In this document: in pieces, positions 11,916 through 24,374 of the stretch
Layout: every line of letters begins with the position of its first letter
How positions within the stretch are numbered: the first letter of the stretch is position 1
Source of the DNA: Octopus vulgaris
Taxonomy: Eukaryota
Assembly (NCBI GenBank): GCA_951406725.2
Contig: OX597824.1
Span: 59,334,001-59,398,000, forward strand
DNA length: 64,000 nucleotides
Reading direction: 5' to 3'
The notes under the pieces: model-generated
The model's database searches: none
Seen by the model: only the letters and a program-made list of their open reading frames with translations
What the model was told of the DNA's origin: nothing
Translations under genes and position numbers: made by a program

Positions 11916-14900
11916 CAAATATATATTCACACGCACACATATACATATATACACATTCACCCACTTATGTATGTTCACGTGTTGTGTATGTCCATCCTGC
12001 TTTTGTAATTTGAGATATATTTGCCTGCTGTCTCACATTTCAATTAATCACATTGTTGGGCCTTTTCAACAAGAAGTGGTCGAGATACAGAAAGAATAGC
12101 ACACCGGTGAAGTCTGCCTGTGATGCTTAGCTTCCTTTTCAGGTGTTCAAGTTCAAATCACGCTGATGTCAACATTATCATTAATTTCTCTGTAGTTACA
12201 ATACAAGTTACATACTGGAGAAACTGACAACTATTTTCGCTCATCTTGTATCTTTATGACCATCTATCATTCTTTTACTTTGTATATTATTTATCTGAGC
12301 TTTCTTTTAACTTTCCCCGCTCTCACTCATTTTCTCAATATTTTTCTCCTTTGTTTTGCTTTTTGATTTTTGTTATCTTTTTTGCTTGTTTTTTATTTGT
12401 TTTTAAATTTTCTGTTTTTATTATTTCGTTTCATTTGAAATTCTATGTGTCAGCCATTTCATATAACTTAGCTCCGTTAATGACCTTTCACTACCCCTAA
12501 GATGCATGAACATCACATAATCTCCGTTTCCTCTCAGCGGCGGTCTTATCCAATAAATAGATCCTTCTCTCTTTTTCTGCTCCCTCTTTATCTTTTATTG
12601 TTAATATTTCCTTCGTTCCCTTGTTCCTATTTTTCCTTACCGCTTTTATCTCTCATTTCATTTATATTTCGTTTTTCTTTCTTTCTTTTATCTTCTTTCC
12701 ATTCGTTCTTGCTAAATCAGATTTATTAAAGATGGAACTATTTCTGATATGAATGGCGGCCAGTGTCAGCAAGAATAACGTTTAGGTTAATAAGATGTCA
12801 TTTCCGGATTTTCATCGCTCGCTTCTGTCTGCCTATCCGTCTGTCTCTGTCTGCCTCCCTATACCTCTCTCTCTCTCTCCGTCCACCATCTCTCTCTCTT
12901 CCTCCCTCTCTTTCTCTCTCTCTCACCCTCTCTTCCCCTCCGCTTTTCATTTTCTCTTCACCACAGACTCTCCACTCCATACATATTCACAGCTCTGTTC
13001 TGCACCTCATCACTACTACATTCAAGATTTTCTGTTGCAAAAGAGAAGGAAGCTGCAGACATTTGCAATCGATTCAATCGAACTTAGTCTATCAAACTGG
13101 AATTTATTTCATTGACCCACCTACCAAATGGCAATGTCGAATTTCTCCCCACTCTCTCTTTCTCTCTTTCTTTTTCTCTCACTCTCTTTCCCTCTCTCCT
13201 TCTCTCTCTAACTCACCCTCTCTGTTACTTGAACGCGGTACACTGAGGTCTCCAAATAGATGAAATAAACACAATAAATCATCTAAATAACTATTCCCTG
13301 ATGATTAAGCAGAATCCGCCATACTTATGGGTGACTCTGTGATAACAACGATGACAGGAAAGATAAGCGAACCTTCTGGTGACGTCAACGGGATTTACTG
13401 AGACAAATTAACAAAAGCTGGACACTATAAAAATAGTTCACAACTCGTCCGACATATTAACATTGCATTATTCGTAGAATGAAATCTTTTTTCTTTATTC
13501 TTTGTCTATATTCGTCTATCAGGGGTTAAGCTAGCTATTTTATAGAGCAATATGATGTATTTTGTAAAGCTGTATGGGATGTTTTGAGATTTGTAGGGCC
13601 GTGTGATGTGTTTTAGAGCAGTGTAGTGTTTTTTGTAGAACGGTGTGATATGTTAGGTAATGTAGTGTGTTTTGTTGTTCTTAGTCTTAAATGTTTTCCC
13701 TTTTTGTTTGATCTATACAATCACTTCAATTTGGTTAGGTAAGAAATAGGATTGTTACCGCATATAATAAAAGCTATTTTCAAAGTTTCCTTGTAAGGAA
13801 TATGCACCTGCCATACACCAAGTATTGAGGGGTCAGTATCATGCGACTTTTGTGCAGAAGATAATGATGAAATGTTGATAGGGATCAACATTTGTAAGAA
13901 TCCGGGTGATTTTTGTTTCATATAGATGAAGGAGTAGAATGACAATCTCCCTCTTTTAACCCACAGATTCACCCGCTCCTCAGCCGTTCAAGAATTTGGA
14001 CCTGGAGATCTCCATTTCCAGCGACTTATGAAAATGTGAAGAGAGAGAGAGAGAGAGGGGGAGAGAGAGAGGGGAAAGAGAGAGGGAGAGAGATCTATAG
14101 AGAGAGAGACCATTTTGGTTGCTCTGAGAGAAACAGATGACAAAGAAAACATTATAAGGAGTATGATGGATTAGAGAGGCAAATAGGCTGCTGAGAGATT
14201 CACAAGGTGGGACAGCAATAAATCGAGAAAATAGTCAGAAGTCAGCCAGCAAGAATACCGGCCAGATAGGTTATTATGAGAGCAGAAACTATAATATTGT
14301 GAGTGATGGATAACAGTGAGTGAAGAAGAAATAGCTTGAATAAGTAATGAACTAACAGAGGGGGGTGGAAAGAAAATAAAACTGTAAAAGGAAGGAATTA
14401 AAGAGGTAACAGGATAAAGTAACTAAGTAAGCAAATGCTAGAGAATGCTAAAAATAAGAGGAATAAAGAGAGAAACAAAAGTAGAAATGTTTATGTGATA
14501 GTGGTGCATGGTGAGGTAAGACTTAAACCTGAACAAAAAATGTACGAAAGAGAAGTAAGCCACGACGCAAAAAGTGACACGATAAAATACTTATACATAT
14601 TGTAATATCTACCCTGTATACACTTACATACACATACGCTCACACAAACACACACACATACACATGCAAGCACACGAGCACACACATATATATGTATGTT
14701 ATTATTCAGTTTTATTTTAAGAGTTCTTACCAATAGAGAAAGAGCCGGTTTCTGACCTAGATCCAAGGCTCCTTCACTGGAATTTCAAAATCAACAACAG
14801 AATATATTTGTATGTATGTATATGTGAAAATTTGTATGTTTTGTTTTATGTATGTATTCTCATGCATATAGTTACATATCTAGACATGCTCATATATATT

Positions 14901-15024
14901 TTAATGATAAGCTTCTGGAAAGTTTCAAAAATTTTTACAGTTCCAGTGATAGATTTGATCTGTAGTCTTCGAATTAGCTTTCTCCTTTCTGGTTTTGAGA
15001 AGCCTTATTTCTCAAGTTGTATGG

Positions 15025-15235
15025 CACATGCCAAGACTGCGATTTAAGGACTGTGTAAAGTCCTCATTAAAGGCCTGTGAAATGCGGGAGGGTGACTGGG
15101 AAAGCAATAATTGTCATCGCCACAGATGGAGGAAACCGGTACGGGAAGGAGCCGATACCTTTGTGGCAGCACCTATTCTTCATGAAGAATTTAAGCATGC
15201 TGCTCGGAAACGCACTGCTTGCATAATGAATGGGG
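15025..15235 (+). mobile_element. RTE-clade LINE 3' fragment
   Basis: PRLRFKDCVKSSLKACEM..GDWE....RHRWRKPVREG resembles RTE ORF C-terminus. Confidence 0.65.
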
Positions 15236-15241
15236 GAAATC

Positions 15242-15790
15242 TTTATAAATTTAACCTTTAAATGTATTTTTTAATATGCTGGCGATTGATAAAATATTTT
15301 CGATAAAATTTTATCCTACATTAGATGTAAATTTAATAGTGTTCACTTCCGGACTCTCTCACTCTGTGAAAGTTTCTAGTTCTAATCACACGTGTCTCGA
15401 GATGTGCTGAAGATTTTCTATTTTGGATATATTTGGGGTACTTAGGTCTACTCAGGACTTAGTGCTTGCTTTTACCATGAGTATGAGTAAGTATTTCATT
15501 TATGTCTTACGTATTTATCGCTGAGGAGGAGAAAATTTATATGAATTAATTCTGAAATTGGGACCAATACGGTAATAACGGAATTTTTTAGAAATTTCTA
15601 TCGGCTTGTTTCGAGACGCAAAAATTATAATGTTTATTGACAATTTGTCTATTTTCGGCATATTTGGCATTAGAATTTTTCTTTTGCCCTTATTTTATAA
15701 GTTATTTATAAATTTAACCTTCAAAGTTATTTTTTAATATACTGGCCATTGATAAAATTTTTTTACGAAAAACTTTTATCCTACATTAGA
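15242..15790. repeat. AT-rich element with ~85-bp diverged terminal direct repeats, ending at (TA)n (PLE pLTR-like)
   Basis: tttataaatttaacctt...ttgataaaat...ttttatcctacattaga at ~15242-15325 and ~15706-15790. Confidence 0.55.
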
Positions 15791-15791
15791 A

Positions 15792-15905
<114 letters not shown>

Positions 15906-16032
15906 CATCCTTCATACATATATACACATATACAGAGAGTGTGAGAGAGCGATAATGAGAGACACGATGAAAAACAGAGAGGGAGTGGTTGTGCACATGT
16001 ACACTATGCCTTCTCTTTCCCTTTGTCTCCTA

Positions 16033-16066
<34 letters not shown>

Positions 16067-17541
16067 GCATGGTTTGATTTTGTAATAACAATGTACAATG
16101 CTAAATACTTTGTCAAAATTTTCTTTTTCTCTCCCTCCTTTTCTGCTTCCCTCCGCATGTCCATGTCTCTGCTCTTATTTATTTATTTAGTACTGCTGGG
16201 GTTATTTCACGTATTGAGGTCACTGCCGCCTTCTACTTGCTTTGGCTGTTTACAATTAATAACAATGCCTACCCTCTTCTCTTTCTTACTAATACGAAAA
16301 TTGCAAAACCAAACACAAATATCAGAAAAATGTCAGAAAAACAAACAAAAACAAAATGAACAAAAACAAAATAGCAATAAGTTTTTTCTCCCTTTTCTTC
16401 TCTCTCCTTTTATTGCGGCTCTTCCCTAACCTCATTATCTCCCTTGTCGCCCTCTTCTCCGTTCAAGTTGTTTTATTTTCAAGGATAATTAAGAACAGAC
16501 TGAAACGAAACACTTCGTCATTTCAGTTATCAGTTATGCGTGTGCCCCGGTTTCTCCAAGATTTATGGCAGAAACGCTCCTTTGATCATTCCAACCGAAA
16601 TCTTGCTTTTGCTGATAAAACATAAAACTAGAATTAACGCCGTCACCACTGTCGTTTTGTCATGTTGCTCGTCATCGTTGTTGTTGTTTAACCCGAAGTC
16701 AGTCTTAAACCAGCCAACTTATGATTAAATTCATTCAGGTCGTAGTTTTAACTCTGACTACTTTTTGTCCAATAATGACTAGAAGGTGGGAATACCTCGG
16801 GACACATACTGCACGAACACCAAACAGTAAAATCGATGTGAACACGCCTACAGCGACAAAACATTAATTATTTAAGTTAAATTTTAATTTTTAAAATTTA
16901 TTTAATTATATTTAAATTATTGAAATCAAAATAAGCAATGCGATGAGATTAGCTTCATGATTAATTTGTGACAATTCTCAAAAGTTAATTAATTATAATT
17001 AACTCAAAATAAATGATATGGTTGAAAGAAGTGGGAAGCTAAGGTGAACATAATGTTATAAAGTAATAATTCTCGGCATATTTCTTACTTATGGAACCTT
17101 ATCAATGAAGTATAATCCAATAAATCATTTCTTTTATTAAGGTGATAAGATATGACTTAAGATACATTTCCCTGTTACTCCCCGCAGAATGAGCAGAAAC
17201 AGCGACATTATGTTTTTAGTGATGTTCTTGCTGTTGTTTGATCAAAGAGAGTTCGTGTGTGTATGTGTATAATATAGCTAAAGATGCATATGCATGTAAC
17301 ATGTGTATACACACACACCTACACGTGCACACATACACACGTATATACATGCGTACACACATGCATACTTATATATATATGTAAATATATGCAAATATAT
17401 ATATATATATATATATATGTAAATATATGCATGTATACACACACACATACATACATACATACATATATATATATATAAAATAAAATAAAATAAAATAAAA
17501 TAAAGTGAAATAAAATTAAAGCCACAAGTTTTGTTAATTAC

Positions 17542-17592
17542 AACTACTCAGGGTTTCGTGGCCGAAACTATAATTTCGACATTTTTCAAGCT
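17542..17592 (-). ncRNA. degenerate hammerhead motif 3' of a PLE endonuclease
   Basis: Minus: agc-TTGAAAA-at-gtcgaaat-tata-gtttcggc-cac-GAAA-ccctgag-TA-gtt. Confidence 0.45.
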
Positions 17593-17744
17593 AAGAACAA
17601 GACGGTTTGATAGTTGGTTTAAAGCAAATGACGTTTAAACCAAAGAACTCTCATAAAGAAGATGAAAAGAACACAGGGGAGATAACCTACGTTACAACAG
17701 ACAATGTTGAAAAAAAATTAAATAAATGTATTTACGTTGTGTTC

Positions 17745-18300
17745 GATGGCCTCTTTATAAATTCGGCCAAAATATATTTCTTAAAATGCCAACATGATTA
17801 AAGAATCCCATTTCTGAGATTTTCATGGCCACTCGAGGTCCTTAATTTCTTTCAAAGGTATAGTCTCTCAGGATAACCTACAGAACATTATTTTGATCCG
17901 TTAATATAGGGCCCGATTTTCGAAAGGGTTTTCACTTGATGTTGTAACTGGCTCCTTTGTCTTTAAGTTGTTAGATAAAAGTCGAATAGGTTGTTGCGTG
18001 TCTCTGGCGACGGTTTCTAATATCGGTACGTAAATTTTCTTTCGACAGACTCGATATACCGTTTGATTTCTATTCTACCATTGTCATAGTTCGTTGAAGC
18101 CTATGCTTCATAAACAGCTGAGAATATATCGCATTTCTTCCCTAGAGGACATTTACATTTGTTTCTACATGTGCATCCAGGGCAGGCTTACGTAATCGGT
18201 TGCTTATTGATATATGTTTTAATATTAGGCGGACAAGAAAGAGTAATTTTGTATGTCTGTTAAAGATCTTACTGTATCTATGGCTTCTAGGAAAGTGAAT
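17745..18300 (-). mobile_element. Penelope-like element GIY-YIG endonuclease region (pseudogene)
   Basis: Minus: HFPRSHRYSKIFNRHT, CTCRNKCKCPLGKKC..AVYEA, KRYIESVERKF; matches PLE linker CxC...CP and GIY-YIG layout. Confidence 0.8.
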
Positions 18301-18304
18301 ATCT

Positions 18305-18722
18305 ACTAAATGCAAGAATTTTTACCTATATTTGTCCAAACATTAAGGGAGAAAAATGAAACTTTCCGAGACCTATTCCTACGACTATATGATAGAAGAG
18401 GCAGGGGTTTGTAATACCATGGATTACTACGTGTGTGGCGCGGTTGAGAAAGACACCAACTGCTCTGCCTGCGACAGAAAGGTCGAGCCAAGATCAAGGA
18501 GTTCTTCGAAGATCTTTCCAAGGATACAGTGACGAACGCATGCTCCAGGGTCTGGCGCGTTTTGTGGGTGTGCTGGAAGCTGAATAAGACTATGTTGGGT
18601 GAACTGTTATCACCCAGCCATAATCTAGTACTTTCTGATTTCTTAAGTTTTATTTTTGGATAGGATATTGGGTTTTCTTTCCCTTTTATGTAAACTTTCA
18701 AATTTACCCTGAACAATCTGTA
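18305..18722 (+). mobile_element. maT/DD37D-like mariner 3' fragment
   Basis: ccatggattactacgtgtgtggcgcggttgagaaagacaccaac; same 3' end as 11520 and 45710 copies. Confidence 0.7.
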
Positions 18723-18819
18723 TTTGTATGCATACATATAGAATCCGCGAAAAAATGTATATACACTTCGGTGGAAAAAACGTGTAGAAATATTTTATTA
18801 CAAACTTTATTCATACATC

Positions 18820-18894
<75 letters not shown>

Positions 18895-18905
18895 AAAGAA
18901 GAAAG
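18820..18905. repeat. (AAAG)n microsatellite
   Basis: Direct observation. Confidence 0.95.
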
Positions 18906-19765
18906 ATAACCAGGGACATATTTTCAGTGCCAGTCGCCTGATTCGAATTATTTTCGTCGTTAATGCAAGCTTGGATTGTCTTTCAACTCTGCCAGCTTAT
19001 TGCAAATGATATGAAATACAACACAAAACAAAACATAATAAAGTATTTAGAAAATAAAAAATAAATCAAAATACGGAAGATAATCTGTGGAAGGATTAAG
19101 GATACAAATATTCTCTATCAGGACACCTGCTATTTGAAACTAAAAACTTACTCTCTCAATATACACCCCGCATCACTATTTTGGGGTGAGGGTAGAAAGA
19201 AGCTTTCTAGCTTGGAACTCTCGGTACTTAAGAAACCACATTTATGGCAACAGAGCGTATTACTGGGATCGACAGTGGAAGAACGAATAAAAAAGGAAAC
19301 TGAAGAAAATGACAGCAAGCAGAAGACTGATCAAGTGAGGGAAGAGATAAAAATGAAGGGTAGGGACATGTAGGGTCATATATAAACAGGGAAGAAAGAA
19401 TATAATCCTTTCTGACAGATTAAGTAAACCGAGGGAAAACAGAAGATTTAGGAAACTAGAAGTAACAAATACATTGTATAGAGACAGACTTGCTTAAGCT
19501 CTTTTATCAAAGTTTAATACAGACCGACTGAGAGAGAGAAAGGGTTTTGAAAACAAAATTTCTCTTTCTCTCTCCCTCCTTCTTTCTCTATCTTTCACTC
19601 CGAGACTGTTTGTGTGTTTGTATATATATAAACAGAGAAAGAGAGAGAGAAACATAACCAGGGACATCTTCGAACTATTTTCTTCGTCATACACATATAT
19701 GTATACCACACACATGTGCACTGGTACACAAAGACGCGCATGCCACGCACATACAGATATACGTT

Positions 19766-19933
19766 GGCGCAAGCATGACTGGGTGGGAAGAAGATTGCTC
19801 TCCAGCCACATGACTCAGGGTACAGCTCCACTGCGCGGCACCTTGGGCAAGTGTCTTCCACTATAGTCCCGAGCCGACCAAAGCTTTATGAGTGGATTTG
19901 ATTGGCAGACGGAAACTAAAGGAAGGCCATCGT
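19766..19933 (+). mobile_element. SINE family 1, 5' half
   Basis: ggcgcaagcatgactgggtgggaag...ggcaccttgggcaagtgtcttccactatag...gacggaaactaaagg. Confidence 0.75.
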
Positions 19934-19947
19934 ATATATACATATAT

Positions 19948-19985
<38 letters not shown>

Positions 19986-20039
19986 TAGCTGAAGGTGACC
20001 CGCTCTACGCGCGGGTATGAGTGTGGTTGTTACTTTCTG

Positions 20040-20362
20040 TTGCTTCCTTTCAGCACGTAAAAAGCACCATCCGAACGTGGTCGATTGCAGCGCCGCCTTG
20101 ACTGGCTTCTCTGCCGGTGGCACGTAAAAAGCACCAACCGATCGTTGCCGCTGCGAGCCCCCCTGGCACCTGTGCCGGCGGCACGAAAATATTACCCACT
20201 ACACTCACAGAGTGGTTGGCGTTAGGAAGGTCATCCACCTGTAGGAACACTGCCAGATCAGACTGGAGCCTGGTGCAGCCTCCTGGCTTCCCAGACCCCG
20301 GTCACACTGTCCAACCCGTGCTACCACGGAAAACGGACGTTAAACGATGATGATGATGATGA
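20040..20362 (+). mobile_element. SINE 3' portion with internal ~65-bp repeats and (GAT)n tail
   Basis: Repeated gcacgtaaaaagcacca; end gaaaacggacgttaaacgatgatgatgat. Confidence 0.65.
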
Positions 20363-21164
20363 TTCTCCCTCTTTGTTTCTCTTCCCTTTCTCTCTCACTT
20401 TCCTACTCTCTTACTTTTCTTTTCCCTCGCTTTCTCTTACTCTCTATCTTTATCTATCTCTCTCCCATTTATAAACAACAAAAGATCTTGAGTAAGTTGA
20501 GAAATAAAATATTTAGAAAGATCAATCATAAATATCAGGCAGTGGAAACGGAAAGGTCTGCTTCAAGGCAGACAGCAAAACGCTAACATTGAAAAGGGAC
20601 AGACGAACTTGCGAGCTGAATAAAAATAATAAAATATTGGAAACCAAAGTTTGAAGGGATAGAATCTGAGGATAGTAGAGTCACCATGGCTGGCATTTCT
20701 TAACGACGGACAGCAACGTATTGACAGTTTAACGGCTGGCGTAAAATTTTGAACTTGATGTAAAAGAAAATTCGTAAACTCCAAGTTTTGAAGTGATTCT
20801 TTCTCACGACAGTAGACTCGCCATGGCAAGCATTCAAAACTTCTTTATCATGGACGGCAACACATTGACAATTAAAAGGTTGGCGTAAATTTTTTAGCTT
20901 GATGTAACAGAGAATTCCTAAACACTCGGTCATTTATATTTTAATCCCCTTCCAGCCCCATTTAGACCCCTTTTCACATTTTGGTTAATATAACCCGATT
21001 TCATTCGGGTCTACTGGGGCCGCATTTTATAAGATAAGGAATTTTGTCCTAGAGGTCACGCCTTTCATTTGAGGAAAAAAATAGTTGTCATGCAAACTTG
21101 CCAGCACTTTAAACATAGGTGTGCATATTTTCAGCTGAACCGACCGACCACATAATGCACACAT

Positions 21165-21223
<59 letters not shown>

Positions 21224-21456
21224 ACGCATTATATATACAAATGTATACAAATTATATATATATATATGTATAAATTAGATTAGAGATAAAACCACTAATA
21301 GGCAAATCAAACAGTGAAAAACCAAAAACAAAAACATAAAAATAAAAATATAATATAGAAAATATAGAAAATATAAAATTGAAAAATTTAAATTATTTAA
21401 ATTTAAAATAAAAATTATTAAATTATATTTATAATTTGTTTAAAAATATATATAAC

Positions 21457-23256
21457 TGTAGTGACGTCATATTCCAGTGTGCGCACACGCAACGTCATTC
21501 TTCAGTGTGCGTGTGCGGGGTTGGAACCTTCTGGAACCTTCTGGAACCTTCTGGAAAGGCATAAGGAAGTTCCCTCATGCACATGCGCTAGAGACTGGGG
21601 AAGAAATTCTATCGCGTCCTTAATAGCGTCATGACTTGAGACACGGCGATCGAAGAGAAAGGACGTATTTTTAAACTTGTGATCAGCCTATTCTCCTGTC
21701 CCAGACGCTTAGGATTTGACCTACTCTGTTGCTGCTGAATTGTTGTAAGATTCTTACAAACGTTAAAATTCAGCCTTGCTGTGTTGAACTAAGTGGATAC
21801 CAATATACCAACGTGCTTCATTTGTGAATAAGAGAATAAAGAATCATATATATTTTTAAACTTGCGTTTTGTTCCTGACTGGTAGTTTCTAGAAACATAA
21901 GAAAGGAAATTGTGTTGCACCCAAGTTGCACCCAAAAAGTGTAAAGAAGCAACCACCCCGAGTTCTGGTCATAGACCATAGAACACTCAACCAAGTTTCC
22001 CGAGTTCTGGTCATAGACCATAGAACACTCAATCAAGTTTCCCGAGTTCTGGTCATAGACCATAGAACAGTCAATCAAGTTTCCCGAGTTCTGGTCATAG
22101 ACCATAGAACACTTAGCTAAAATCTAGTTTCTACCTAGTCTGAACCAATCAATCCGCCGCAGTCTTCATCCACACAGAGCTTACTCAACCATGTTCCAGT
22201 TCCAGCGACAGACGACCAGACCAGCCAGTCATGTTCCTGCTCCAGCCAATGACGACGCTAACATACACCAGCAACGCCACCGACGCCTTCATCTCAACGT
22301 CGCCTTTCTCTGCCGTCGCCATCACCATCGTCGTCCTTCCACTCCACGTCGTCTCCATCTCCGTCGCCTTCATCTCCAGCAACACTAATATGTACATAGC
22401 ACTCATTCAGGTTTAGCTTTCACGCTGTTATGATTTTCACCGAGGTTAACAGCACAGCACTACCTGCGAGATCTTCTGTACCAATGTAACCTGGCACAGC
22501 ATTGAAGCCACAACCGCTACACGACATGTGTTCAACCGGCATCTGCACTTGTGATCCGAACATCCTGTTACAGAACGAACTGCTATTATGTACTTTACTA
22601 CGAACTGGTAAATTAACCCCATCTTGTCTGAAATACCCTGAGAGACTTTTCCTATGCGCTGTATTTTGTTTTGCCCGCATACACCTTGTTTGTACTTCTG
22701 TCGCACACACCAACACACATAGTTAATACACACACAAATGCTATCTCTGTCACATTCATACGCCACACATGCCTTTCTCGCTTGTTTTCCATGCTCAATA
22801 TGCCCTTGTAAACACAACTCATCTCTGTAAGACCCTAGGTCGGTCACGCATACATAGAGAAAGTTGTTTGTCCCTTACAACGCGCCAGCATGCCACACTT
22901 TTGTTCCTGCACGAACGAGGCATATAATAGCTGAAACACTGGCTGGCAGTCTCAGCCTTACTGCATTAATCACTGGCATATTCAATACTGTACACTGTAT
23001 TTCAGCCTAGCAGGCCCTATTGCACTCATGCACCTCTGTTCTGCACGTGTACTCCCTTGTTTTGCAACACGTCTGCGTCAGCTCAATTCTTCTCCCGACT
23101 CAAAGCACGTCGGATGTTCACATGCGCTGCGCTCATGTTTAGGCATAATTTTCCCCTGTTAGACCCCTGTTGGTCACGTAATTAACAGAGAAAATTATCT
23201 GTCTCGCACCCAAGTTGCACCCAAAAAGTGTAAAGAAGCAACCAGTTCCCTTTATG
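21457..23256 (+). mobile_element. 1.8-kb non-coding solo-LTR-like insertion
   Basis: Starts TGTAGTG; TAAC on both sides (21453-56, 23257-60); GC-richer than flanks; 39-bp direct repeat 21917-21955/23206-23243; ends TG not CA. Confidence 0.5.
21957..22113. repeat. 42-bp tandem repeat x3.7
   Basis: Unit cccgagttctggtcatagaccatagaacactcaa(c/t)caagttt at 21957, 21999, 22041, 22083. Confidence 0.95.
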
Positions 23257-23780
23257 TAACTATCAAAAAGTATTAAAAAGTTTAATATACATAAATACAG
23301 ATATATACACTTTGTATATATACATTATATATACATATTTATATATAGAACACACACACACACACACATATATATGAACGCAAGAAATATCTTATTCATA
23401 ATATTTGTTCTCATGATTGTGTGTTGTTCGTGGCGATGATAATTCTCTCTACGAATGCAGACAGATACATAAAAGAACGCCGTTCGGCGAACTTATAAAG
23501 GGAAAGTGAAAGGGAGTTAGAGGGGAATGGAGGAAATAGTGTGAGTGAGGAAGACATATACGTAAAAGAACGGGAGTGGACTTGTCAAAGTGGGTTTTTG
23601 GCCCCCAGCAACGACACCTTTTTAAGATAGGGATTTCTAAGGTAGCCCACGGGCATCGTCACCTCATTTTACATGTCCCTGTAAATTTTGGAGTGAATCG
23701 GACGGGATGTAGTGGCCTTGAAAGCGATCCAAGCGGTAAAAACGCATTTCAGTTTTATATATAGATATATATATATATAT

Positions 23781-23869
<89 letters not shown>

Positions 23870-23943
23870 TTAGACAAAACCACTATTAGGCAAATCAACA
23901 ATGAAAAACTTAAGCCAATACATATGATTAATATTTATTATTA

Positions 23944-23995
<52 letters not shown>

Positions 23996-24004
23996 CATGT
24001 ATTT

Positions 24005-24037
<33 letters not shown>

Positions 24038-24374
24038 GGAGAGAGAGAGAGAATATGTTTGGGGTTTTGAAGATGCGCCTGAGTCATAAAACGTGTAGTT
24101 GTTTTAAAGTTTTGTAAGATTTATTAAAATGCCAAACCCTGTTCGGTAATCTTTCGTTAAGCAATAGTAAATAAATAAAGAAAAATAAAGAAATGGTTTA
24201 CGAGAGGTTTAAGTTACACAGGAAAATTTGGAAGAACATGCTTAAAAGATGAAATGTTCATGCAAATTGCAATGAGTTTCGCGGAGATAGACAGAAGTGC
24301 AAGTTCAAATGTTCGATGAATTCCATAACAGCATACATGATTGAAAGTTCAGTAGTATTGAGTTATATTGACAA

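Larger units (their letters stand above)
19985..23765 (-). mobile_element. non-autonomous Helitron with nested insertions
   Basis: Minus 5' A|TCTATATATAAAACTG (23765); 3' hairpin cccgcgcgtagagcggg then CTAG|T (19988-19985); internal ~110-bp repeats 20674-20781/20811-20927. Pairing of the two ends is inferred. Confidence 0.7.

Noticed and set aside
14738-14790. Minus-strand HHR-like motif (..gcct-tggatct-aggtca-GAAA-ccgg)
   Set aside because: Lacks both CUGA and the UH cleavage site.
21957-22113. CRISPR-like array with palindromic repeat
   Set aside because: The intervening segments are near-identical rather than unique spacers; eukaryotic context and no cas genes.
22185-22416. GC-rich ORFs (His/Arg-rich or hydrophobic)
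   Set aside because: Low-complexity cgtcgcc repeats within the non-coding insert; no recognisable domain.
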